Part shown: piece after piece, positions 21,764 to 34,492 of the stretch
Position numbering within the stretch: the stretch's first letter is position 1
Layout: the number at the start of each line of letters is the position of its first letter
Virus record (IMG/VR): IMGVR_UViG_3300046779_001442
Span: 46,901 to 110,900 of that record
Reading direction: 5' to 3' (one strand)
Length of the DNA stretch: 64,000 nt
From: a virus
Program-made: the position numbers and the translations under genes
The notes under the pieces: generated by a model
Seen by the model: only the letters and a program-made list of their open reading frames with translations
The model's database searches: none
Told to the model about the DNA's origin: nothing

Positions 21764-22064
21764 TACACACTTTAGTCCAAAAACTTCTTATCAAATATAT
21801 TGCTCTTCCTTGTGTAGGGATCAGGCTACAAAAGAAAAAATAGCCCAGCGTTACGAGAGAACAAGGCGTGAGCGACGAAAGAATAAGGATCGTAGATGCA
21901 AGATTTGCAATAATGTTTTGTCATTTTATAACGATGAAAAGACATGTGAGTCATGCAAGGTTGATCCAAAAGAAATTAACAGAGTACTTAGACAAATAAA
22001 AGGAATGGCAAATGGTAAAGTTGAACTCGATAGTGGGGAAGCCAACCAAAATTCTGGCAATTGA
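21741..22064 (+). CDS. Cys-rich hypothetical protein
   Basis: CxxC...YCSxxC...CxxC...CxxC. Confidence 0.6.
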   Translation: MKHCQWCDTHFSPKTSYQIYCSSLCRDQATKEKIAQRYERTRRERRKNKDRRCKICNNVLSFYNDEKTCESCKVDPKEINRVLRQIKGMANGKVELDSGEANQNSGN

Positions 22065-22590
22065 TGCAAGCACAAATAGTCTTGCATTTGCACTGTTTGA
22101 TTCAAAGTCTTTGGTATCTTTCGGTAAAATAAAGTATAGTGGCATTACAACATACGACAAGGTCATAGATGCATGCAAGAAAACTAAGGCTTTCTTAGAC
22201 ATCTATGGCCCTGTTGGTGCCATTGTGATTGAGCACACAGTATTTATGAATAGTCCTAAAACTGCAGCAGACCTAGCTCTAGTTCAGGGTGGGCTGCTTG
22301 GGGCAGCTGGTTTGGCTGGGGTAACACAGATTAAGTCAGTAGCTCCAATCACATGGCAAAACTACATTGGCAACAAGAAACTAACTAAAGAGGAAAAGCT
22401 TGCTATTCGTAACCAAAATCCTGAAAAGTCTGAGTCATGGCTTAAAACATATGAAAGAAATCTCAGAAAAGAAAAAACTATTAATTATATTAATATTCAA
22501 TATGACAGGATGGTTAGCGATAATGACGTTGCTGACGCAATTGGCATTGGGCATTATGCAATAAACAACTGGGAAAGGTTGACAAGCTAA
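22012..22590 (+). CDS. RuvC-like Holliday junction resolvase
   Basis: ILAIDAS, IVIE, DNDVADAIGI. Confidence 0.85.
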   Translation: MVKLNSIVGKPTKILAIDASTNSLAFALFDSKSLVSFGKIKYSGITTYDKVIDACKKTKAFLDIYGPVGAIVIEHTVFMNSPKTAADLALVQGGLLGAAGLAGVTQIKSVAPITWQNYIGNKKLTKEEKLAIRNQNPEKSESWLKTYERNLRKEKTINYINIQYDRMVSDNDVADAIGIGHYAINNWERLTS

Positions 22591-22742
22591 TGGCAAAGCT
22601 GTATACTAGTGAGGCATGGCTTCGTAAACGTTTTATAATGGATAAGAAGTCTCCAGAAGATATTGCCAAGGAGTGCGGAGTTAGTCTAGAGACTATCTAT
22701 GTATATCTTGCAAAATTTGGACTAAGAAAGAGCAGACGATGA
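22590..22742 (+). CDS. Small HTH protein (50 aa, not in ORF track)
   Basis: MAKLYTSEAWLRKRF...SPEDIAKECGVSLETIYVYLAKFGL; coupled on both sides. Confidence 0.75.
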   Translation: MAKLYTSEAWLRKRFIMDKKSPEDIAKECGVSLETIYVYLAKFGLRKSRR

Positions 22743-22975
22743 GTGATAAGTTAAAGATTACGGTTGATCAGGTAAATCACCCAACACACTATACCAGCCA
22801 TCCAAGCGGTATTGAGGCATTACAGATTACTAGACACATGAACTTCAATTTAGGTAATGCAATGAAGTATATCTGGAGAGCTGGAATTAAGAGCGAAGAG
22901 AAGCACATTGAGGATCTTGAGAAGGCTATCTTTTATATTCAGGACGAGATCAAGCGTATTAAGGGTGAGTTTTAG
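22739..22975 (+). CDS. DUF3310-like protein
   Basis: VNHPTHY, GNAMKYIWR, EDLEKAIFY. Confidence 0.85.
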   Translation: MSDKLKITVDQVNHPTHYTSHPSGIEALQITRHMNFNLGNAMKYIWRAGIKSEEKHIEDLEKAIFYIQDEIKRIKGEF

Positions 22976-23272
22976 TTGGGTCGTAAGAAGAATGCTGCAC
23001 CAGTAGCTCCTAGTAAATTTACTAGAGAGCATTCAATGCTAGTTAATGGCTTTGAGATAGTTCGTGGTGATATAATTAAAGTTAGTGGAGAATATGGACT
23101 CAAGTTCAAATTCGATGCTGTAGTAACCAACATGGAGACAGGATCTAGTTGGGTAGACTGCTTTGAACTATTCAGAGGGCAAAGCCATAGCTACAGATCG
23201 TTTTCCTTGGACAAGGTCAAAAGAATACCGCAGAAGGGCAAGAGGGCAAAAAAGAATGTCTCATCAGATTGA
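22976..23272 (+). CDS. Hypothetical phage protein
   Basis: Fills gap; TTG start. Confidence 0.6.
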   Translation: MGRKKNAAPVAPSKFTREHSMLVNGFEIVRGDIIKVSGEYGLKFKFDAVVTNMETGSSWVDCFELFRGQSHSYRSFSLDKVKRIPQKGKRAKKNVSSD

Positions 23273-23996
23273 ATATCTTGACTCACCAACAAGGGTCTGG
23301 ATTATTGACGACTTCTTGAGTACAGAGCTTGCAACACAGCTTTCTGACGAATTCTATAAGTATGAAGATGAAAGATGGCTAACAAGAAACAACTCAGAGT
23401 TTGAGGAAAAGCTTCTTTCTACACATTGGGACTGGTACCCTAAATCTTTTTATAAAACATTTTTTGATTTGACATCTGTTAATTTTACAAAAGAGTTAGA
23501 AGACCTAACTGGTATTGATGGGCTTATCGCAGACTATGGCCTACATGCTGGTGGAATGCATCTACACGCAAGCAACGGCAGACTTAATCTACACCAGGAT
23601 GCAAAGGTGCATCCGAAACTTGACCTAGTAAGAAAGCTAAACTTAATCGTTTATCTAAATAAAAACTGGGAAGATAAATGGGGTGGAGAGCTAGAGTTCT
23701 GGAGTGATAAAGACGGAGAGCCTAATGAGCTAGAGTTCTATGTCGAACCAAAGTTTAATCGTGCAGTACTGTTTGAAACAGATAGAGATTTTTGGCATGG
23801 GCTTCCAGAGATGATTGCTGCACCTAATGGCGAAAACAGACAAAGCATCGCTATTTTTTATTACATTAAATCTGACAAAAGTATAGACATGCCAACAAGA
23901 GCAAAGTTTGCACTCACTGATGAGCAGAAAATGAATCCAGAGCTTGTCGCTAAGAGTGAAGAAAGAATGAGAACGGCCTTTAAATATGGAAGATAA
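23256..23996 (+). CDS. 2OG-Fe(II) oxygenase (prolyl hydroxylase-like)
   Basis: LHQD, LNLIVYLN, WGGELE, PKFNRAVLF, WHG, RQSI. Confidence 0.9.
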   Translation: MSHQIEYLDSPTRVWIIDDFLSTELATQLSDEFYKYEDERWLTRNNSEFEEKLLSTHWDWYPKSFYKTFFDLTSVNFTKELEDLTGIDGLIADYGLHAGGMHLHASNGRLNLHQDAKVHPKLDLVRKLNLIVYLNKNWEDKWGGELEFWSDKDGEPNELEFYVEPKFNRAVLFETDRDFWHGLPEMIAAPNGENRQSIAIFYYIKSDKSIDMPTRAKFALTDEQKMNPELVAKSEERMRTAFKYGR

Positions 23997-24516
23997 GCTA
24001 ATAGAGCACCTTGATAATGTAAACAAGGTTGTAGAAAAATACCTTGCTGGTAGCGATCCAACACAGATTTCAAAAGAACTGTCTATGTCAAGACAGACTG
24101 TCGTTGGATACATTAGCGAATGGAGACAGATGGCTGCAGATAATGCAGCTATTCGTGCTCGTGCCAAAGAGGCACTAGTTGGTGCTGATACGCATTACAG
24201 CAAGCTAATTTCAAAAGCTTATGAAGTTATTGAAGAGGCCACGACTACTGCAAATCTTAGTGCAAAAACGCAGGGCATTAAACTCGTAATGGACCTAGAA
24301 AAGACACGAATTGAGATGCTACAAAAAGCTGGACTACTTGAAAATAAAGAGCTAGCAGAAGAAATGATTGAGATTGAGGAAAAGCAGGAAGCACTTATCC
24401 AAATCCTAAAAGACATCGCATCTGAATATCCAGAAATTCGTGATGAAATCATGAGAAGACTCTCTAGACTTAGTAAAGATAAAGAGACTGTAGTGATTGT
24501 GAATAATAATGTTTGA
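23986..24516 (+). CDS. HTH protein, probable terminase small subunit
   Basis: N-terminal HTH (TQISKELSMSRQTV); overlaps large terminase start. Confidence 0.6.
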   Translation: MEDKLIEHLDNVNKVVEKYLAGSDPTQISKELSMSRQTVVGYISEWRQMAADNAAIRARAKEALVGADTHYSKLISKAYEVIEEATTTANLSAKTQGIKLVMDLEKTRIEMLQKAGLLENKELAEEMIEIEEKQEALIQILKDIASEYPEIRDEIMRRLSRLSKDKETVVIVNNNV

Positions 24517-26287
24517 TGATTTCTTAGATGCACTGAAGTCCGATAACTTTGATGAGCGTCCAGTAGATGCCAAAACCTTCGTTGAAGGAGAGGACTATCT
24601 GAACCAACCACCACTATCTGATGTTCAGTACGACATTGTAGAGGCTATGAGCCAAATCTACAAACTAGAAGATCTTATTGATCTTATGGGAGAAACAGAT
24701 GGAAGAAGATACTACAAGAAATATACCAAGAACGAAGTCATTCTTCAGCTCGGAAAAGGCTCTGGAAAAGATTTTACTTCTACGGTTGCGTGTGCTTATA
24801 TTGTCTATAAGCTACTTTGCCTTAAAGATCCTGCACGTTATTTTGGTAAGCCTAGTGGCGATGCCATTGATATCATTAACGTTGCGATCAACGCACAACA
24901 GGCGAAGAACGTATTCTTTAAAGGCTTTAAAACTAAGATTGAGAAATCGTCTTGGTTTGCTGGAAAATATAACCCAAAAGCGGAATCAATTGAATTTGAT
25001 AAATCTATCACAGTATACTCAGGTCACTCAGAAAGAGAGTCGCATGAGGGTCTTAACCTTATCCTTGCAGTTCTTGACGAGATCTCTGGTTTTGCTACAG
25101 AAATTGGAACAGGAAATGATCAGGGTAAGACGGCTGACAATATCTACAAAGCGTTTCGTGCGTCTGTTGACTCACGTTTCCCAGACTTAGGTAAAGTAGC
25201 ACTTCTTTCGTTTCCACGTTTCCCTGGAGACTTCATCTCTACAAGATATGATGCAGTAATTGCAGAAAAAGAAGTAGTAACCAAGCAGCATAAATTTATT
25301 ATGAATGAAGATCTTCCAGAAGATGCAGAAGGAAACTCGCTTGAAATTTCATGGGATGAAGACACAATTGTTTCTTATAAGTATCCAGGAATGTTTGCAC
25401 TTAAGCGTCCTACCTGGGTAGTTAATCCTACTCGTAAGATTGATGACTTCAAGTTGGCATTCTTTACAGACATGGGAGATGCTATGCAACGTTTTGCTTG
25501 TGTTCCAACATACATGTCAGATGCTTTCTTTAAGCAGAGAGACAAGGTTCGTGCAGCAATGACTGTACGCAACCCACTAGATTCATTTAGAAGGTTTGAG
25601 CCTTCATTTGAACCAGATCCAGAAAAAATTTACTATGTGCATGCTGACCTTGCACAGAAGCATGATAAATGTGCTGTAGCTATTGCTCACGTTGAAAAGT
25701 GGGTAAATGTTCAGGTAGTAAAAGACTACCAACAAATTGCACCAATTGTAGTTGTAGATGCAGTAGCGTATTGGGAACCAAAAGTAGAAGGCCCAGTAGA
25801 TTTGTCTGAAGTAAAACAGTGGATACAAAACCTAAGAAGAATTGGTTTCAACATAGGGCTTGTATCTTTTGACCGCTGGCAGTCATTTGACATTCAGAAT
25901 GAGCTAAAACAGATTGGTATGAGAACTGATACTGTTTCTGTTGGTAAAAAGCATTATGAAGATATGGCTATGCTAGTATATGAAGAAAGACTTGCTATGC
26001 CAGCAGTCGAACTTTTGTTCGAAGAGCTGACAGAGCTAAAGATCACTAAGAATGGTAAGAATGTTGACCACCCACGTAAGCTGTCCAAGGACTTAGCTGA
26101 CGCTGTGTGTGGCTCTATTTTTGGTGCTATAAGTCACACACCAAGGGATCTAAACCTTGAAGTTGAGGTGCATACCTTTAGGGATAGACCTAAAACTGAA
26201 CTTGACAAGCAAAAAGATAGTGTGATACAATATAAACCTATGCCAAAAGAGGTAAAAGACTATTTGGATAGGTTCAATTTAATCTAA
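24509..26287 (+). CDS. Terminase large subunit
   Basis: GKGSGKD Walker A, AVLDE Walker B, HADLA, FDRWQ, DH...KDLADA nuclease motifs. Confidence 0.9.
   Translation: MFDDFLDALKSDNFDERPVDAKTFVEGEDYLNQPPLSDVQYDIVEAMSQIYKLEDLIDLMGETDGRRYYKKYTKNEVILQLGKGSGKDFTSTVACAYIVYKLLCLKDPARYFGKPSGDAIDIINVAINAQQAKNVFFKGFKTKIEKSSWFAGKYNPKAESIEFDKSITVYSGHSERESHEGLNLILAVLDEISGFATEIGTGNDQGKTADNIYKAFRASVDSRFPDLGKVALLSFPRFPGDFISTRYDAVIAEKEVVTKQHKFIMNEDLPEDAEGNSLEISWDEDTIVSYKYPGMFALKRPTWVVNPTRKIDDFKLAFFTDMGDAMQRFACVPTYMSDAFFKQRDKVRAAMTVRNPLDSFRRFEPSFEPDPEKIYYVHADLAQKHDKCAVAIAHVEKWVNVQVVKDYQQIAPIVVVDAVAYWEPKVEGPVDLSEVKQWIQNLRRIGFNIGLVSFDRWQSFDIQNELKQIGMRTDTVSVGKKHYEDMAMLVYEERLAMPAVELLFEELTELKITKNGKNVDHPRKLSKDLADAVCGSIFGAISHTPRDLNLEVEVHTFRDRPKTELDKQKDSVIQYKPMPKEVKDYLDRFNLI
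26202..26231 (+). promoter_or_regulatory. Promoter for 26314 gene
   Basis: TTGACA-18nt-TACAAT. Confidence 0.55.
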
Positions 26288-26313
26288 ATAATATAGAAAA
26301 GGAAAACATATAT

Positions 26314-27333
26314 ATGACTTCACTTAAGAAGATCGCATTCGCATTGGTTGCAGCCTCTGCCCTTGCAACATCAGTAATTGCAACACCTGCAAGTGCTGCA
26401 GTATCTACTGCTCTAACAGTTGGCGGAAACGCTGCGGTTGGCGGTACTGCTGTATCAGCACCAGTAGCACTACCAGTACCTGCAGACAACTCTGTAGATG
26501 CTGTAGATGCACTAAAGATTGCTCTAACAGGCCTTGACACTGGAACAACTGTTTCTGCTGTCGCAACTAATGGTAAGATCGTTACTGCACTTGCTGCTGT
26601 TAACGCTCCTGTATCTGCTTCTGCAGGTGTTTCAAATGTATCAATTAACACTGGTACTGGAACTACTGCAGATATCTACGTATTTACTACAACCACTGCA
26701 GTTGGTACTGTAGCAGTTACTGTCGGTGGAAACACAACTACATACTACTTCCAGGGTACTGCTGGTGCACTAAACGCAATTGAACTTGCTGGTGCAACTT
26801 CAGGTGCTGCAGGAACTACATATACTGCATCAGTACGTGGTGTTGACGTTTTTGGCAATGCAAAGGGTGGTGCATCAATCAGCCTTCAGGTTGTTACAAA
26901 CACCACATCCACTACATACGCACTAACAACTGACACTGCAACTGCAACTCTTGGAACAAAGACTCAGGATGTAACACTTCCTGCTGCTGGCACTGTTCGT
27001 TTGATCGCAACTGCAACTGTCGCATCTGCTGTTACTGGTCTAGCAACTCCTGTTGCTGTTCGTGTTGCTGATGTTACAGTTCGTGACCTTGCATCAGAGC
27101 TAACTGCTAAGACTGCAGAACTAACTGTCGCTCAGGCTGCACTTGCTGCTGAAAAGGTTGCACACGATGCAACTAAGGCTGAACTTGCTAAGGTAAAGGC
27201 TGAACTTGCTCTTGAGCAGGCAAAGGCTATTGCTGAGGCTAAGAATACAGCATCTGCAAAGGCAAAGTACAATGCACTTGCTAAAAAGTGGAACAAGAAG
27301 TTCCCAAAGACTAAGGTCGCATTGCTTAAGTAA
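26314..27333 (+). CDS. Secreted Ala/Thr/Val-rich surface-layer-like protein
   Basis: Signal peptide ending PASA; Ig-like strands; C-terminal coiled coil and basic tail; strongly biased codons. Confidence 0.6.
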   Translation: MTSLKKIAFALVAASALATSVIATPASAAVSTALTVGGNAAVGGTAVSAPVALPVPADNSVDAVDALKIALTGLDTGTTVSAVATNGKIVTALAAVNAPVSASAGVSNVSINTGTGTTADIYVFTTTTAVGTVAVTVGGNTTTYYFQGTAGALNAIELAGATSGAAGTTYTASVRGVDVFGNAKGGASISLQVVTNTTSTTYALTTDTATATLGTKTQDVTLPAAGTVRLIATATVASAVTGLATPVAVRVADVTVRDLASELTAKTAELTVAQAALAAEKVAHDATKAELAKVKAELALEQAKAIAEAKNTASAKAKYNALAKKWNKKFPKTKVALLK

Positions 27334-27346
27334 TTAAAGCATAACT

Positions 27347-27381
27347 TGTAGGGGGAGGGAGTAAAATCTCTCCCCTTACTT
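27347..27381 (+). terminator. Hairpin terminator
   Basis: gtaggggggaggga-gtaaaa-tctctccccttac after stop codon. Confidence 0.55.
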
Positions 27382-27409
27382 GTCTCAAAATATGGTAGGA
27401 GCATATAAG

Positions 27410-27803
27410 GTGTCAATAAAGTTGGTATACTTTTCTAACCATTCTGGAAATACCAGAAGGTTCGTTGAGAAGCTAGCCTACGAGGCACAGCAAATTCCAA
27501 TTAGATGGAATGAAGATGACCCACTTATTGTTGACTTTAAATATGTATTATGTGTGCCAACATATGGTGGTGGAAATGACAATACATCAATCCCAAAACA
27601 AGTCAAAAAGTTTTTAAATGTTCCAGCAAATAGATCAAATTTAGTTGGTATAATAGGTTTCGGAAATACGAATTTTGGAGAACATTTCTGCAAAGCTGCA
27701 GATCTGATATCTCAAAAAACTGGGGCACCAGTAATTGCAAGAGTAGAAATTTTTGGCACGTCAGAAGATGTGCAAAGAGTAACAGATAGGTTGGAAGAGA
27801 TAA

Positions 27804-27817
<14 letters not shown>
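27410..27817 (+). CDS. nrdI: Class Ib RNR flavodoxin NrdI
   Basis: [25 protein letters not shown]; GTG start after AGGAG. Confidence 0.95.
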
Positions 27818-30877
<3,060 letters not shown>

Positions 30878-30891
30878 AACTAAATAAGATT

Positions 30892-30916
30892 GGCCCCTCT
30901 TCGGAGGGGCTTTTCT
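30892..30916 (+). terminator. Rho-independent terminator
   Basis: gcccctc-TTCG-gaggggc followed by ttttct. Confidence 0.85.
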
Positions 30917-30978
30917 ATTATTAAAGTGGTGTATAATTAAACTACTAAGCTTCTAACCCCACAAAGGAGACCCCAACT

Positions 30979-33204
30979 TTGAAGAAGTCTTGGGCTATAA
31001 TTGCCCTACTTTTACTCACAGGAGTGATGACACTCTGGCCACTTTCTGCATATGCTGATGAAGTGGTAAATAGTGCTACCGTAACTGTTGTTCAGCAGGA
31101 TGAGCTGACTACTGTGGTTGTTGCAATAGAAACTGCCAACTCAGACCTGGTTGTTGTTTCTCAAAATATGGATGCTGCGGTACAGCAATCAGGATCTGTT
31201 TCAGTGACAGAAACAATTGCCAATGCTATAACTACAGCAACTAATGCCATATCTGTTGCCTCAGATGCCGTAGATCAAGCTGAGGTAGCTGTTGAGCAAG
31301 CAAATATAAAGATTTCTATAGCCGATGGAGCTACAGCAACTGTAGAGCAGGCTGAGGCAAACCTAAGTGTAGCACAGCAAGATTTGGTAAATGCAACAGC
31401 AGACCTAGCAGAGGCAACTGCAAATGTTGATGCTCAAGAGGTTATAGTAGCTACAGACATTCAGAATGTACAGGCTGCACAAGCTGCAGTGGATCAAGCT
31501 ATTGGTAGTGCCCCTGGCCTTAAGGCTGAGGTATATAATATGGTTGGCTACAATAATGCACCACCACTGCCAGAAACAATTGGCAAGACTCCAGTGGTTA
31601 CAACAACAGTAACTCAGATTAGTTTTGACTGGGGTGGGGGTACAGCATTCAATGCATTGTCCGAAGACTTTATAGTTAAGTTTAGTGGTAACATTACCTC
31701 TCAATATACTGGAACTATTGGGCTATACGCCCCTGCTGATGATGGAGTTATCCTTAAGCTAGATGGACAAACAGTTATTAATGACTGGTATGACAAGGGT
31801 GGCGGTGGAACTGCTGTTACATATAATGTGCAGGCAGGAGACCCAATTCCGCTAACACTATACTATTATGAAAATGGTGGTGGAGCACATGTTAACCTAA
31901 TGTGGACTCAAGGTGGTAGTTGGTCTATTGTTCCAGCAAGTGCATTCACCACTACAACAGGAACTGCTACACAAGAACAATTGAGTACACTTTCAAGTGC
32001 ACAAACACAATTGCAATCTGATCAAACAGCACTAGCTGGGTTACAGCAAATTGAAACTAGCATGCAAAATAATTTTAACTCATCCTCTGACACTCTTGCA
32101 ACAGCAGTGCTTGCAGTAGTTGAAGCAGAGGAGTCGGAGACAGCAGCAATACAGGATGCTAATCAAGCAATTCAAACTGCAGTAGAGTTATCTGCAACTG
32201 CTACACAGGCTGTTGAGGATGCAGGGCAGTCCGTATCTAATTTGTCTACAGTTATTGCTCAGCAATCTGCAGCAGAAGAAGCTGCTAGACAGGCAGCTAT
32301 TGCTGCTGAGCAAGCAAGACTAGCAGCAGAAGCTGCAGCAAGAGCAGAGGCGGAAAGATTAAGGCTAGAGGCAGAGGCTAAAGCTGCTGCAGAAGCAGCT
32401 GCAAAAGCAGAAGCAGAAAGATTAGCTGCTGAAGCAAAAGCTGCAGAAGAAGAAAGATTGAGACTTGAAGCAGAAGCCAAGGCAGCTGAAGAAGAAAGAC
32501 TGAGGCTTGAGGAAGAGGCAAGACTAGCTGCAGAAGCAGAAGCCAAGGCCAAGGCAGAAGCAGAAGCACTTGCCAAAGCTGAAGAAGAGGCAAGGATAGA
32601 AGCAGAAAGATTAGCTGCAGAAGAAGCTGCTAAAGCTGAGGCAGAAAGATTAGAAGCAGAAGCACTTGCAGAGGCAGAAAGATTGGCAGAAGAAAAAGCA
32701 AGGTTAGAGGCAGAACAAAAGGCTGCAGAAGAAGCTGCAAAGATTGAAAACGTTGTAAAAGATGCTGAGGCAGACGGGGTAGTTACAGAAGAAGAGAAAG
32801 AGGCTATTGTCTCATCTCTAATAGAAGAGCTAAAGCCAGGAGAAGCATTGTCTAGCGAACAGATACAGGCAGCAGGAATATCCTACTCTGATCTACCACC
32901 TTCAACACCAGTTGATGTTAGAACAGATGAGAGTGGAAATGCTGTTGTAATTACTGCTGAGGTAGCAGCAGACATTGAATTGATTTCTGACCCAGGAGCA
33001 TTCGTAGGAGAATTGCTTTCTGATCCAGGAGCAGCCATTGCTGCCCTTGGTTCTATTGGTGCAGATATGAGCCCTGCTGAGAGAGAAGAGGCTCAACACA
33101 TGGTAGTCGCAACAGTAGTTGCTGCAGGTGCAGCGATGAACGCAGTTTCTGTTGCATCATCAGGTGGTACTACAGGTGGGTCTAACAATACAAGGAGATC
33201 ATAA
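30979..33204 (+). CDS. Secreted coiled-coil protein with PA14 domain
   Basis: Signal peptide; PA14 motifs GLKAEVYN, ISFDWG, ADDGVIL, YYENGGGA; A/E/R/K helical repeats; hydrophobic C-terminus. Confidence 0.75.
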   Translation: MKKSWAIIALLLLTGVMTLWPLSAYADEVVNSATVTVVQQDELTTVVVAIETANSDLVVVSQNMDAAVQQSGSVSVTETIANAITTATNAISVASDAVDQAEVAVEQANIKISIADGATATVEQAEANLSVAQQDLVNATADLAEATANVDAQEVIVATDIQNVQAAQAAVDQAIGSAPGLKAEVYNMVGYNNAPPLPETIGKTPVVTTTVTQISFDWGGGTAFNALSEDFIVKFSGNITSQYTGTIGLYAPADDGVILKLDGQTVINDWYDKGGGGTAVTYNVQAGDPIPLTLYYYENGGGAHVNLMWTQGGSWSIVPASAFTTTTGTATQEQLSTLSSAQTQLQSDQTALAGLQQIETSMQNNFNSSSDTLATAVLAVVEAEESETAAIQDANQAIQTAVELSATATQAVEDAGQSVSNLSTVIAQQSAAEEAARQAAIAAEQARLAAEAAARAEAERLRLEAEAKAAAEAAAKAEAERLAAEAKAAEEERLRLEAEAKAAEEERLRLEEEARLAAEAEAKAKAEAEALAKAEEEARIEAERLAAEEAAKAEAERLEAEALAEAERLAEEKARLEAEQKAAEEAAKIENVVKDAEADGVVTEEEKEAIVSSLIEELKPGEALSSEQIQAAGISYSDLPPSTPVDVRTDESGNAVVITAEVAADIELISDPGAFVGELLSDPGAAIAALGSIGADMSPAEREEAQHMVVATVVAAGAAMNAVSVASSGGTTGGSNNTRRS
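32270..32745 (+). repeat. Degenerate helical repeats (AEAERL/AEAKAAEEERLRLE)
   Basis: Repeated gcagaaagattag and gcagaagaag units. Confidence 0.85.
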
Positions 33205-33206
33205 GA

Positions 33207-33377
33207 ATGGTTAAATTCTTTAAAGATATGGTAGACCAACTTTGGACGCTCCTAGGCATGTTTATTGCTTGGGTAGTTCTTGATGGTAGTGCCAAAACAA
33301 TCGTTGGGTATGCGATATTAGGAACCCTATTTGCATGGGTTGTTACCTATCCTATCAGAAACAGAGAGGAAGACTAA
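33207..33377 (+). CDS. Small two-TM membrane protein (56 aa, not in ORF track)
   Basis: MVKFFKDMVDQLWTLLGMFIAWVVLDGSAKTIVGYAILGTLFAWVVTYPIRNREED; AGGAG upstream; TAATG coupling. Confidence 0.75.
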   Translation: MVKFFKDMVDQLWTLLGMFIAWVVLDGSAKTIVGYAILGTLFAWVVTYPIRNREED

Positions 33378-33667
33378 TGGCAACTAAAAAAGAAGCAGGA
33401 ACAGTGCCAGCAAAACCCCAGGGCCAAAAGGCTCTGTCTAATGTCCTCATGAGAATCGTAGCAGTATTCGCTGCAAACGGTCTTGGAGTTCTTGGTGCAG
33501 GAGCCGTTGTTGGTATTGATACAGCACAGGCAGTATTTCTTGCAGGTTTGCTGGGCGTAGCCACAGTCGTAGAGAAGCTCGCAAGAGCATTTCTTGATGA
33601 TGGCAAGCTCACAATCACTGAAATTAATGACGCATTCGCTACAGTCGATAAGAAACAAGTTAAATAG
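33377..33667 (+). CDS. Small membrane protein
   Basis: Two hydrophobic segments, DDGKLT motif; start at TAATG overlap. Confidence 0.7.
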   Translation: MATKKEAGTVPAKPQGQKALSNVLMRIVAVFAANGLGVLGAGAVVGIDTAQAVFLAGLLGVATVVEKLARAFLDDGKLTITEINDAFATVDKKQVK

Positions 33668-33684
33668 TCATTATTTGGGGTCAA

Positions 33685-33745
33685 TTGACAGAATCCCCTA
33701 GCTAGTGTATACTTATATGTAGGTATCTAAGGCTAGGGGATTTTT
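33685..33745 (+). promoter_or_regulatory. Promoter nested within an inverted repeat/terminator
   Basis: TTGACA-17nt-TATACT; aatcccctagc ... gctaggggatt followed by T-run. Confidence 0.65.
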
Positions 33746-33747
33746 GT

Positions 33748-34272
33748 ATGACATGTATAGTTGCAGCACGTCACGAAGATAAAATTTATATGGCAGGTGA
33801 CCGTGGTGCATCTGAAAACAATTTAATTATGTCTCTTACAAGTCCAAAAGTTTGGAAGCATGGAGAATATGTTTTTGGATATTGTGGTTCAATGGATGGC
33901 GATAGGATGAAGTATAATTTTAAGCCACCTGCACCAAAGGGCGATGACGTAGATAAGTTTATGTATACTGATTTTCTAATTGCTCTACGTGTATTCTATG
34001 AAAATTGGTGGGTAGATGTATCAAATGACTCAGACTTTGGATTGCTCATTGGTGTTCGTGGAAAGATATATGAACATAATGCTGTTGATATGTCACTAAA
34101 CCAATACATGCATGACTATATAGCAATGGGGTCTGGATCAGAATATGCATATGGTTCTATGTATTCTACAGAAAATTTAAAAGATACACGCAAGCGTGTC
34201 ATGAAAGCTGTTAGTGCTGCTATTAAATTCTCAACTTCTTGCCAAGGTCCAGTTGACATTGTCAGCACCTAG
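33748..34272 (+). CDS. Ntn-hydrolase (HslV / proteasome beta-like peptidase)
   Basis: M-T-CIVA N-terminus, MAGDR, SPKV, AMGSGSEYAYG. Confidence 0.8.
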   Translation: MTCIVAARHEDKIYMAGDRGASENNLIMSLTSPKVWKHGEYVFGYCGSMDGDRMKYNFKPPAPKGDDVDKFMYTDFLIALRVFYENWWVDVSNDSDFGLLIGVRGKIYEHNAVDMSLNQYMHDYIAMGSGSEYAYGSMYSTENLKDTRKRVMKAVSAAIKFSTSCQGPVDIVST

Positions 34273-34287
34273 TGATAGAATATATTT

Positions 34288-34485
34288 ATGGAAAACAATA
34301 ACGACATTATTATTTTAGATAAGCAAGACATGTGGGAATGGCTACAGGTAGGCATTGATAAGGGATGGGTAACTGAGCCATTTTGCTATACACATGATGG
34401 CGACCCATATATGACAGAAGAAGAGCAGCAAGAATGGGAAGAGGGCGGAGACCCTTGTGCACCAGTAGTTAAACTTATTCAGTAG
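34288..34485 (+). CDS. Small acidic hypothetical protein (leaderless)
   Basis: TTGACA-17-TAGAAT then 6 nt to ATG; CYTHDG...DPC. Confidence 0.7.
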   Translation: MENNNDIIILDKQDMWEWLQVGIDKGWVTEPFCYTHDGDPYMTEEEQQEWEEGGDPCAPVVKLIQ

Positions 34486-34492
34486 AGGATTT

